DNA of 64,000 nt. Source: Macrostomum lignano (taxonomy: Eukaryota). A program made the translations under genes and the position numbers. The DNA lies in assembly GCA_002269645.1 (NCBI GenBank), contig NIVC01003971.1, positions 1 through 64,000 of the forward strand, in the 5' to 3' direction. The number at the start of each line of letters is the position of its first letter. Within the stretch, counting starts at the first letter, position 1. Of the stretch, positions 16,250 to 28,100 are shown in pieces. The notes below the pieces were generated by a model. That model did no database searches. It saw only the letters and a program-made list of their open reading frames with translations, and was not told the origin of the DNA.

Positions 16250-19200
16250 GCTGCCGCCAGTGACTGCTGCTGGGCTCTGGCGGACAATCTGCGACAACCG
16301 ATATTCTGCTGCACTTCCCGATGCTGAGAATAGAAATCTGAGAGTTGGAAATTATGACCCCAGCTGCTAATTTATGGCACACAGCGCGATACTGTGGGCC
16401 GGCACTGGCTGGCCCGGCGGCTCCCCTCCGATTCTCCGTTTCTCCCTCCGCCGCACAATTGGTCCCCCGCTGGCCCAGTCTGATCCTCACCCCATCTCTC
16501 CGCCGCGGAGCCTCAAGTGGAAAAAGAAGCAGCAAAGCTGAGAGCCGCCGCTGGCAACAATGTAGCAGCGATGAGGAGGCGGAGAGGCAAGATGAAGCGG
16601 TCCACTCTGCCGCGGAGAAGAAGGAGGGTGAAGGAGAAGGCGGAGGAAGTGGAGGCCGCTTCCGGGAAAGTCTGCAGTTCGCTTCCGTGGCCGCGGTTTC
16701 TTCACACGCCGAGGGCGTCGGCAGCGGCCGCGAGCGAGGCTGCCCGGCTTGTTTGGTGGGTGAGGGAGCAGGAGGAGGAGGGTGGTGCAGGCGGCGTCTT
16801 GAGCAGTTTGGGGCGCGGCTGCAATCGGCCGTGGCAATTTCCTTGGCTGACATGAGCTAACTTTCTGTCGCCAAGGCGGGTGGGTCTCGCTCGGGCTTGA
16901 AGACTGGCAGCCGACCTGGGCCCGTCTGCGAAGGGATTTGTGCACACAAGCGCGGTGATTATGGTGCTGTTTATTCTTTAAGGGTCGCTGATACTCCCAA
17001 CAATTAGAGCAGCGTGGCGTCACAGCGGTGCCTCATCCATCATGAGCCCGGCGACTTGCAGGGGCAGCCTTGAGGATCCTGGCGCCGTTAGCGAAGAATT
17101 GATCTGTTAGAGAAGAAATATGGCCTGACTGTGCATTCCCTGCGATTAATAGCAAACTTTAATCACCTTGCCCAATGCTAAGGTAGACAGACCATCGGCT
17201 AAGCAAATTATCACTTGTCAATGCAGATGTACGAGTTAAATGGGGTTTAAAGTGGTCAAACTTTTGCGCTGTACTCACGGAAGCAATTACACGTGCCCTG
17301 CGTTCCGCTCGGTTCTAGCTGTCACATTTGGCACCACAAGTACAACTTTTAGCCTTGCTTCGTTGTTTCAGGTGGGAGGTCTCCTTAGGTGAAATCCAGC
17401 GAATAAAGGACTCCCGTATCAGTACGTACTGTACTGTCGTATGTGTGCAAATGCAATAAAAGAATGCCTATGACATCACACCTGCGGTACAATATGTAAC
17501 GTTACACAGCTATCACAACTATTGTAATCGTGAATCACAGCTGAATAACCACAAGCACAGCGGTAGAATGCTTTCGCAGAGGATCTTATCTAACAACTAA
17601 GATGTACATGCTTGTATGTTACTGATGCGCGTGTACACGTGCTTCGGTTTTAGGCGTGTGGGGAAGGCCAAATAGGGAGCTTTTCGCTAAATGGCATGCA
17701 TTACGCGGACTGAACTGTAAGTGCAGTGTACATAATTCACAGGGCAGAACGTCGCTAAACGGATCCGGACTCGCGTCATCAACTGCGACATCGCTAGCTG
17801 GCTTTCCGGTTAGACCACCGAATTCCTGCTCCGTTACATGCGACTGCGACTCGACGACCAGCTCCGCCCAGACACAGAAGAGGCCACCATGTGGATGCGC
17901 ATGTGGATGTGCAGGGGCGTCGCCATGAATTTTTATGGCGGGGGGCAAAAGCCAAGAAATCTATATGACTAAATTCCTACATTACTTTTAAGATTCGGTG
18001 TTTTGGCGCCACAGGCGCTTTTTGGCGCCTGAAGCAAAATTGTTAGTTTCCAGAACGGATCACCAGGTGGGGCGTTGTCATTCGGCATTCCCCCATAGCT
18101 TTTACTGGGGACATGTTCTTCCCCCTTCCCCCCTGTTCGGACCCTGACGACGGGAAGCAAGAAGCGTGCGTGCACGCGCTGTGCACGCCAGCAGCGACAC
18201 CCCCGTCAGAGCTAGGAATGAATTGTCCGCATCGCAAAACTGCTTGCACCGACATTTCTCACTAGCTTATGGCTCCAGCCGTACAAGCCGCTGTCAATTG
18301 TAAGGAGAATTTCAACACGCATCCTCATCAGTATTGACTCAGCGAGAGTACAAAGTGTTTAATTATTCGCTCTAAAAACGCCATGGATCAAACAAAGTTA
18401 CGTGTACGTGTGTTAGTGCCCACTGCCCACCCCAGAAGACGAACGCAGCAAGCTCAAGAGCAGCAAATGGCGCAGGAACAGCGAGGAGGTCAGGGAAGGC
18501 TGCCATGCACTCCCCCCCCCGTATATTTCAGACCGATTACGAGAAAATATTCAAGCATTATTTACAACAGTTAGAACGGATCAAAGCAGGATTAAAAGAG
18601 TGACAGGATACGAAAAAAAATTTTTTTTCAATTGCAATGCGACAGAGAGGCCAAAGAGCCAACCGCGGGGTATAAAACCCCCCGCCACGACACCCCCCCC
18701 TCCCCAACACCGGGGGTGGGGGGAAGCCGCGGGGGAGGGGCAGGGGTGGGCAGCGTACACAAACGCCAGTTAGCGCAGCCCGCGCAAACTAGCCATATAG
18801 TCTACTGAAAAGAAATTATGTAACCATTTTACTTTATTCATTAATTGCCTAATATTTACCAGGCAAAACACTATGAACTTAAAAATATATATTATTAAAA
18901 TAATCAGAAGAAATCCATGTGCAATTTATTAATAACTCATTTGAATTTTAAACATTTCAAAAAGTGGTGGCGGGGCTAGCATGTCTTACGGCCCCATTTT
19001 CCCAAGGATCACTGTATATACAGTGGTGCTTGATTTTCCTACGCCAATGTTTTGAATGAATAAAAACTGACATGATCAAACTTGTGCTGTCTGTATTAAT
19101 ATAGCAATAAAATTGTCAGTATAAAAATGCAATATTTTTAATTTACTAATAACAATAATAGCTATTTTTTGATCAAGTTGCAGTATCATTACAACTTGCT

Positions 19201-19815
19201 GCCACAGCTACACTAAACAGGATGAGTTTTGTTTTACTTTACAAAAGTGAATACACATTTTGATTTTGCATTTTGCTCTAATTTTTAAAAAAGATTAACG
19301 AAAAAATAAAAAATAATTATTGTGTCGTTCCTGCGAGTCGCGACGGGGCCCGCGTTTGTGTCTTGACTTGAGTACCGTCTATCGTCTACTTTTTTTGCAA
19401 TTATACCTCTCTGTTACTGGTTGTCTGGCTAGCTAGAGTGGTCCAACAGCTACAGACAGCTGTAACTAAACTAAGTAGTTAATTAAACGAAGTTAGAGTC
19501 CATGCTTTGCTGTCTGAAAGTGAAAGGTAGGGCCAAATCAATAAAATAAGTCTAAGTCACAAGTGTCGAGCCTAATGCCTTATGGCTAGGGCCTATAGCT
19601 AGAGCTGTTGGATTATTTACATAAACTAGGCCTAAACTTATAGGCCTATGATTTGATTAAGAAGTTTACTTTTATTATAATAAGAAAATTACAAACTACA
19701 AAGCATAACCAAAAATTATCTAATACATTCTAATTTAATTTGTAGCATGTTAATATCATCATCTTTGACTTTAGTTATCATAATATAGGGGAGGGGCCTA
19801 CCTATTTCTATACTA

Positions 19816-19993
19816 CAGTAGCGGATCCAGAAAATTTTGAACGGGTGGGCACAGACTACTAAGGTACATATATATTCATATCATGTACAAGTATATGTAC
19901 ATGATAATGTGTATTTCCATATAAAAAATCAAAAAAATCAAACTCAATGAAGGGGCATGCGCCCTGTACGCCTCCCCTCTAAATCCACTATTG
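19816..19993. mobile_element. Degenerate MITE-like element (hAT-type non-autonomous)
   Basis: Imperfect terminal inverted repeats CAGTAGCGGATCCAGA ... TCTAAATCCACTATTG (12/16 match), similar to the CAGTGGCGGATCCAG-type TIRs common in invertebrate MITEs. No TSD recognised. Confidence 0.45.
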
Positions 19994-22900
19994 CAGTAAT
20001 TGGATCAGCATTATTACTAGGGCCTAATGTAGGATGCAGATTTGGTTTATTGTTACTTCTTTATGTTGATTAATATTGCACTGGTGGCTATACAACAATA
20101 GAATAATTAGCTTAAGTATTAGATGTGGCGTGGCTAAAAGTGGCAAAGATATGGCTAGAACTAGCAGAGACGTGGCTAGAACTATGGCGGAGAGAAAGCA
20201 AGTGACTTAACAAGGCAGTCAGAGCCTACAGGCTATATAGACTCACAAAGGTGCGAGAGGCTAACAAAGTCTAACAGACAAAGGCCCCAGACGGGGTGCG
20301 GCGAAATTAAAGTCTAAATAACAAGATAGACAAGAGCGCCCGGAGCGAGAGGTAGAGCTAAAGGCAGAGCAAGAGACAAAAGGGATGAGCAAAATGACAA
20401 ACAAAGTGAAAATGCCCCAAGTATACAGCCAGACAGAACTGATAAGGACCAGGCTAGGAGGGGGATGCAAGAGAAATTAATATAATTTATGCGGCATATT
20501 TCTATTGGCTAACTGCAAAAAACAGGAACAGAAATTATTGATTGCACGCTGTACACAGAGTTTACAATTGTACGCAGTTGAATAAAATTCTTAGGGCACT
20601 ACTTCAAGCAGATGTTAGAATACAAAACTGGCAATATTAAAGATTGGTACCATGTCAAAATGGCCCTTGGTAGGGCCACTAAAACTGACAGTGTCACAAT
20701 AATAATTCATGCCAAACTAAAAAGAATCTATGATACAATGTCATTTTTTGCAAGTGTAATTTTGTTTATCAATCTTTTTAAGAAAAATAATATAGGGGCC
20801 TAGATAGAGTTTGCAGTTAAATACAATTAGCTGGCTATTATGAGCCTATCCAATAATGATAATGTATTTGTTGTCTATTGAAATGTTTATTTATTATAAA
20901 CAAAAAGTTAGGCCTAGTATACAAGTGTAGCCTATAAGTCAATATTTGGGTCACTTGGGAAAAATCAATATTTTAGATACACATAGGCCTATATTTGTAT
21001 TTTAGTAAGTTCTTTATCTTTACTTATAACTAAAAGTACTTTTTAATATTTACAGATATTTGTTTTAATATTATATGTACTAGCATCTTACCTTAGTCTT
21101 AATATTCTAAGGTAAACAAAATGATTATATCATATTTTTGCAATTGCAAACAAAAGAATAGCAGATAAAACAACCATCATTGGTGTGTATATAAGTGTGT
21201 GCACTCCTGACTCCTAACCTAACCTAAGTAAGATAGGGGGCCTGGCCTAATAGGCCTAATGTAGGGCTCTTAGTCCATAGTTTGGAATACTATCTATAGT
21301 TCAAAATGCTATATTATATACCCTAGAAAAAACAACCAATTTTTATGTATACTAATGTATACCAAATATATTACATTGTGCAAAGCTTCAAATTGTCAAT
21401 TTTGAAACATTTAAGGCCTATTATCCAGGCATAGTTGGGATCATATATTAGTGTATATTAGGTTTAATGCCATAAAAATAACAAGACCTCATGTATTATT
21501 ATCTTATATATAATAGTCATATGGTCCCTATCTATGGCTTAATTATTAGCTTTCTTGAACTTTAGGTAGACAAAATAATTGCAGTTTTAATAGGATCATA
21601 ATTTTGTCTCTATAAAAGTTTTTGATAGTGCTGATTTTAAATTTGAGCTTCATCTTTTTGTAGCTTAATGCCAACTACCAGGGTATAGGGAACATGGGTT
21701 TTAGAGTAGGGAGATTCTTCATAGGGATTGATTTTATGTACCTAAACTTCAATAGAGATATAGGTCTATTGAAGATTAGGTAGATAAATTTAGCAAACTG
21801 AGGGGGTGAGGGGGCAAGTCTTGGGGGGGGGCAAGTCTCAAGGGGGGCTGACAACTGTCAACAACTGGAGCATAGGAAATGTGGGATTTTAGGGTGGGGA
21901 GAATCTTCATAGGGATTGATTTTATGTACCTAAACTTCAATAAAGGCATAGAAGTCTATTAAAGATTAGGTTGATAAATTCAAAGACTAAGGGGGGTCCT
22001 AGTAGGAAAATTGAAATAAAGCTTAAATTAAAAATTCAACAATTTATCAAAAACACAACCACGGCGAAACAATTATAATCCTATCAAAACTAATTGATAT
22101 TAGCAGCTATAGTTACTTTAGAATAGAGACAACATCGATTAGTAGAAATTAGTATAGGTAAACAAGCAAAGAATATACAGCTAGTAGTAATCAACAATGA
22201 GAGAACAATAGCAAATCAAAAAGTGGGTGGTGAAGGGTGGGTGGCAAACCATTAGTCAGCATTACTTTAAAAAAAGTAAACTGTCGTGGCACTCTTGTTG
22301 CACTATAACAAATTGAATGAAAAAATTAGAATAGACACTATTTTTTTCAGAGATAAAATTTGAACCTTCTAAATGTTTTTAAGAATAAATTCATCACAAG
22401 TTTTGGGAAAAAAATTACATTAGAAAGTTATGATTCTAAAAAAGTTCAACTTTCAAACATACAATTTTCCAAAACTGCTTAGATCAAATTACCACTAGTT
22501 ACTCAGGAGATTAACAAATCAACCTCCTGTTACCTCTGAGGGTAATTTTTTGCAGTTTTTTTGCTTTATTATCATTTTGGACAGCCTTAAAAAGTGGCAA
22601 AAATTTCATAAAAATTGGAAAATTGGAAATATCTTATGTATCTAAATTCAAGAAAGCCCAATTTTTTTCCATTATAAAATAAATTATGAACAAAAAAATT
22701 GAAACAAAAATTTTATAGTCATTTTGTCTATTACCTTTTTATCTTCAAGCAGATAAAATGACTTCCTAAGAAAGACATAAAATTTAGTTGCATGTATATA
22801 TATTAGGAAGCTTTTTTTCTAATAAAAATAAGATATTGGTAAGCATATAAAAAGTAAAGTCTATCGAAATAGACAAATAAGAAACCTTGTTTTTTTGAAA

Positions 22901-23337
22901 TTGTGGGAGGCAGGTTTTTTGAAGAAATATACTATAATAGAGATAGAAAGTTTTCATTTTTCAGCACAAAATTGTTATTGCTTTTGTAATTTTGATAGTA
23001 GGTAAGCATATCCTGATATTTATCTTCTAATATATTTTGCTTTTTAAACCTTATAGCTCTTGATATTCATAATGCTTTTTTGCAAGAAATCCTATTGGCT
23101 TATTACACTCTTTAAGAAGTAACATTGGGCGAGGGGGCATTGTACAAGGTTAGTCTCAGGGCCTCTCTCAAACCACTCATTCTGCCTATGTTTTCCTATG
23201 AAATTAGATAAAAATAAATACATTTAGAAACATACATGCGCAACCCCCCTGATTTACACTGGCCATGGGACTTACTTTTTGACCAAAAATGCGACTTACC
23301 TGCGAAAGAAATCCTAAAGCAAAATTAACACAGTTTT

Positions 23338-23408
23338 GGGTAAACGGCAGGAGTAACTATGACTGTATTATCATTTAATAATATTTAATGCCTCGGCATC
23401 TAATTAGT
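23338..23408 (+). pseudogene. Short 28S rRNA-derived fragment (H69-H71 / R2 target region) with its centre replaced
   Basis: GGGTAAACGGCAGGAGTAACTATGACT matches the conserved eukaryotic 28S sequence at 26/27 and AATGCCTCGGCATCTAATTAGT at 21/22 (reference recalled from memory). The 15-nt CTCTTAAGGTAGCCA between them is replaced by 22 AT-rich nt. No rRNA similarity on either side. Confidence 0.8.
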
Positions 23409-25122
23409 ACTACGTCCGTATTCTTTGGGGTGGCATTTTTGTGACTTACCCCTGGTCCACCACAATTTACGGTGGCCAGACCGGCCAGCAGTTGCGCATA
23501 TATGTTTAGAAGGCTGAGAACTTTGTTATTTAATAAATTAATATTATAATTTTCTCTTATTATAATAGTTTAAAACATGCATGTTTCCTTGAAGTCAAGG
23601 AGATGCTTATGAAGCTCTTATGCATTTAAGTTACTTTTTAGAATAAGAAAAGCTAAGCAACCTCTTAGAAGTCACTATGTAATGATTTTATTTAAAATGT
23701 ACATATCATTTGGCCAAGTCATTAGTTTTAATATCACTATCAATTCCAAAAAATGCTTTCTAATAACTTCTATTTTTTAGAAGAGTAAAATTTTATCAAT
23801 TACAAATAGAGCCACCCTCTTAGACTCTGGTAAGCTGCAGGCTTTAGCCTTTAGCCAGGCTTTAAGCCTTTTAGCTTTGGGGTTAGGATCATTGCTAAGA
23901 CCTGATAACAATTGTTGTAAATGGCTAACACTTGAAAATTGACAGTGTTAGACAATAGAAAGAACTTGTAGATGGTAGGACTATGGTGCTGAATTAATAT
24001 GCGTTCACAAATGGCTCTTAGGAATATACACATTTTTTCTTTCTATGATCAAAAGACTCAACTGTTCCAACAACTCAGCTTGCTGTACACAGATTTCTCA
24101 TCAATGGTATCCTCTTCGAGGTTTGTTTTGTTTTCTAAAATTGAGGACAAATTCTAGTTAGCATTCTCTAACTCCTTTGAGCATGTAGCAAATAGTACTA
24201 ATCATATATGCCCAACACCTGTCCAACCCATCCAAACCAGACAGGTGAAATTGCCACCAGCCAAGGTAAGTTGCAAAATCGAAAATGCAAAAAATAAAAT
24301 TGGGGGAAAGAAAGAAAGGAGAGAAAGAGAAAAGGAAAAGAAAGGCGGGAGAAAAGAGAGAGAGCGGAAGAGGAAAGAGAAAGAGAAGAAAAGAGAAAAA
24401 GGCAAGAAAGGTCATATACAAAATGAAAATTAAGTTGAAATCGAGAGGAACTAGTCACAATTGGGAGAAACAAAGTCGCAAATCTGGACACACGGCGCCC
24501 TCTGATTTCCCATTAACGCCCTTAAAAAGCATGGGTATTAATGTACTGAGAACATCTTGGGACAATGCTTTAGCCAAGCAAGTATGTTTCCAAGCTGCAA
24601 AAATATGCACAACTTACTTTTGACTAACAAATTTCACAAAACTGCTTTGTAAGAGAAGAGTCTCATTCACTGTCATAGAATGGCTATCTCAAGTTTGTCA
24701 GCAGAGGGCATATTATTGGTTAAAATGTTTACTTGCAAATTGGATGCATGCCTAAAAAAGCAGCTCAAGTTGTCTCACAGCTAGTGCATTAATTTCTGGG
24801 AAGCTGGCAACAATATAACTCTTAAAAAAAGAGATTTCATCCTCCTTGTAACAATGTGTGACACTCTCACAGCAACTCTAGGTGGATGTCAGGGTTGTTG
24901 GCTGCTCTTTACCTGCCCCCCCCCCCTGCTGCTCCCCCTGCTGCTCCAGCTCCAGGTACGCCATGGTTGACCTGGTTGCGCCAAACCCCTCATAACTCCC
25001 TGGCAGAATCTCAGCTAGATTCCCAAATCCCATTTCAGCCAGAAATTGCCAGCTGAGCAGCAAGAGCGGCCTGCATCAACTCACAGGGCAACTCACTGCC
25101 GGATCGTTAACTTGCTGTCTCT

Positions 25123-28100
25123 ATGGCTACCAAATTGATTTGGCTGCTCCTGCTGTTTGCAGTTCAATCGGCTTTGGCCATTTTGGACAACGACGAGAAT
25201 AAGGGCAACGACCAGCTGAACGTGACCCTGGTGACCCGCAATTTTCCTATCCTGTTCGACGAGAACTTTGTGCTTCAGTGCACCCCGAGTGCCGAAATTG
25301 CCGATCAAGTGACCAAAATCTACTTCTCATGGAGATACGGGGCGCTGAGCAACTCCTCAGACGTAACCCCGGTGCTGGATTTCGGCAACGGGACTTTGGT
25401 CTTCACCAGGGTGGGCGTGAATTATGGCGACGTGTGGTGCCACGCCAAGCTGCTGAATGGCACCGTTCTCAAGGGGAGCGTTCTCTTCGTGCCCTTCTAC
25501 CCTCCCGTCTTCTCGCCGCATATGGAGACTGGGAAGGTGTCCAACACCTTTTCGTATCGGCAGGAGCTCAAGCCGGGCTATGAGGCTGAGCTGTACTGCA
25601 GTGGCCAATGCTCATGCTCATTCGAATTGGATTGGTGAGTCTGATCCCAGTGGAGCTCAAATGAGGCGGAGTCTGATCCCCAAATGGAGCTCAAATTAGG
25701 CTGAGTTTGATCCCCAAATGGAGCTCAAATTAGGCTGAGTTTGATCCCAGTGGAGCTCAAATTAGTCTGAGTTTGATCCCAGTAGAGCTCAAATTAGTCT
25801 GAGTCTGATCCCAATGGAGCTCAAATTAGGCTGAGTCTGATCCCAATGGAGCTCAAATTAGGCTGAGTCTGATCCCAATGGAGCTCAAATTAGGCTGAGT
25901 CTGATCCCAATGGAGCTCAAATTAGGCTGAGTCTGATCCCAATGGAGCTCAAATTAGGCTGAGTCTGATCCCAATGGAGCTCAAATTAGGCTGAGTCTGA
26001 TCCCAATGGAGCTCAAATTAGGCGGAGTCTGATCCCAATGGAGCTCAAATTAGGCTGAGTCTGATCCCAGTGGAGCTCAAATTAGTCTGAGTCTGATCCC
26101 AATGGAGCTCAAATTAGGCTGAGTCTGATCCCAATGGAGCTCAAATTAGGCGGAGTCTGATCCCAATGGAGCTCAAATTAGGCTGAGTCTGATCCCAATG
26201 GAACTCAAATTAGGCGGAGTCTGATCCCAATGGAGCTCAAATTAGGCTGAGTCTGATCCCAATAGAACTCAAATTAGGCGGAGTCTGATCCCAATGGAGC
26301 TCAAATTAGGCTGAGTCTGATCCCAATGGAGCTCAAATTAGGCTGAGTCTGATCCCAATGGAGCTCAAATTAGGCTGAGTCTGATCCCAATAGAACTCAA
26401 ATTAGGCGGAGTCTTTGATGTCTCTGAGACTCAGCTAAGTTAATTCAAAGCTCTGTCTTCATCCAACCCGGCAGGCTGATCCGCATTGATGGCGCCGAAG
26501 CAGAGAAGCTGCAACTGGGCACAGATGTGCAGCGACTCTTGACCTCCCTGGTGTGGCACTCGAAACCCAGCGCATACAGGCTGGAATTTCAGCAGTCTGC
26601 CGGGCGGTCCAAAAAAGTTACGAGGATTGTGCGAGTCGGATCTCGAGTGCAGGTCTGTTGCTCTCTGCTCGGTTGGGTGCTGTAGGGACTGAGTAGGGTG
26701 CTGTAGGTACTGAGTAGGGTGCTGTAGGGACTGAGTAGGGTGCTTTAGGTACTAAGTGTAGAAAAGTTAATGCGATATGGTGCTAGGCAGGCATGAAGAA
26801 TAACTCAAGGGCCGCTTGCACTTAGCAGGGCCGAATTATATTTGGCTTTGACTAATTGCGTAATAAATCAATTATTGAAGTGAGTGGTTGGCTGTACGTA
26901 CTTGTACGGGGCAGTGATAGCGCTGGACCAAGTGAGCGAGGGAGAGAGAGAGGGAGGCAGATGTACACTGCCCCACACTAAGTAGGGTATTGTAGGGACT
27001 GAGTAGGGTGCTGTAGGGACTGAGTAGGGTGCCGTATGGACTGAGTAGGGTGCTGTAGGGACTGAGTAGGGTGCTGTATGGACTGAGTAGGGTGCTGTAG
27101 GGACTGAGTAGGGTGCTGTATGGACTGAGTAGGGTGCTGTAGGGACTGAGTAGGGTGCTGTATGGACTGAGTAGGGTGCTGTAGGGACTGGGTAGGGTGC
27201 TGTAGGGACTGAGTAGGGTGCTGTATGGACTGAGTAGGGTGCTGTAGGGACTGAGTAGGGTGCTGTAGGGACTGGGTAGGGTGCTGTATGGACTGAGTAG
27301 GGTGCTGTAGGGACTGGGTAGGGTGCTGTAGGGACTGAGTAGGGTGCCGTATGGACTGAGTAGGGTGCTGTAGGGACTGGGTAGGGTGCTGTAGGGACTG
27401 GGTAGGGTGTTGTAGGGACTGAGTAAGGTGCTGAGTCTTCTGCAATTCATTTTCTACAACCTGAATTTATGCAGGTTTTGTGCCGCCTCCGAGCTCTCAC
27501 TGGGCCTACGATGATAGAACTGAATCCCGTGCTGCTGTATGCGCCGCATTCCGCAGTCGGAACCTTTGACATCATCTTGGCGCCGCCGCCAGAGACTTTG
27601 ACAACAACAGCGCCAGTTATAGAGACCTGCCATCCTCTCAGCTCGTTTTTGCCCAAGAGCCACGGCTGCTGGCCTCACCTGGGACACCTGGCTGTCAACG
27701 GGACCCGGGCTGTTCGTGAGCGGCTACTGAACTCGTCAGCGGTGCTGCCCGAGGCCGCGGCAAACTCCGCCGATGTGCTCGGTCCGCACATGACCCACTG
27801 CACTGCGCTGGCTCAGGTGCGTTGATGAGGCTGGATTCCCACATCCCACTCCCATCATGATGAGGCTGGATTCCCAGACCCCACTCCCATCATAATGAGG
27901 CTGGATTCCCACATCCCACTCTCATCATGATGAGGCTGGATTCCCACACCCCACTCCCATCATAATGAGGCTGGATTCTCAGATCCCACTCCCATCATGA
28001 TGTGGCTGGATTCTCAGATCCCACTCCCATTATGATGTGGCTGGATTCCCACATCCCACTCCCATCATGATGAAGCTGGATTCTCAGATCCCACTCCCAT

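Larger units (their letters stand above)
18800..24850. other. AT-rich non-coding island: mosaic of degenerate repeat/TE fragments
   Basis: Visibly much more AT-rich than its flanks, with no credible ORF. Contains MITE-like ends, a ~100-bp direct duplication, a purine-rich tract (24285-24420) and an rRNA-derived fragment. Boundaries are approximate. Confidence 0.6.

Noticed and set aside
17656-17928. Small Cys-rich ORF (CSVTCDCD...CGCACGC), metallothionein-like look
   Set aside because: Too few Cys, no convincing start or splice context, and it lies among MITE-like fragments.
18290-18345. Hammerhead-like CTGATGA...GAAA on the minus strand
   Set aside because: Stems II and III do not pair convincingly and there is no proper NUH site.
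22484-22548. Imperfect hairpin (AAATTACC...CAGGAG / CTCCTG...GGTAATTT) as a pre-miRNA
   Set aside because: The middle of the stem does not pair; too weak without small-RNA data.
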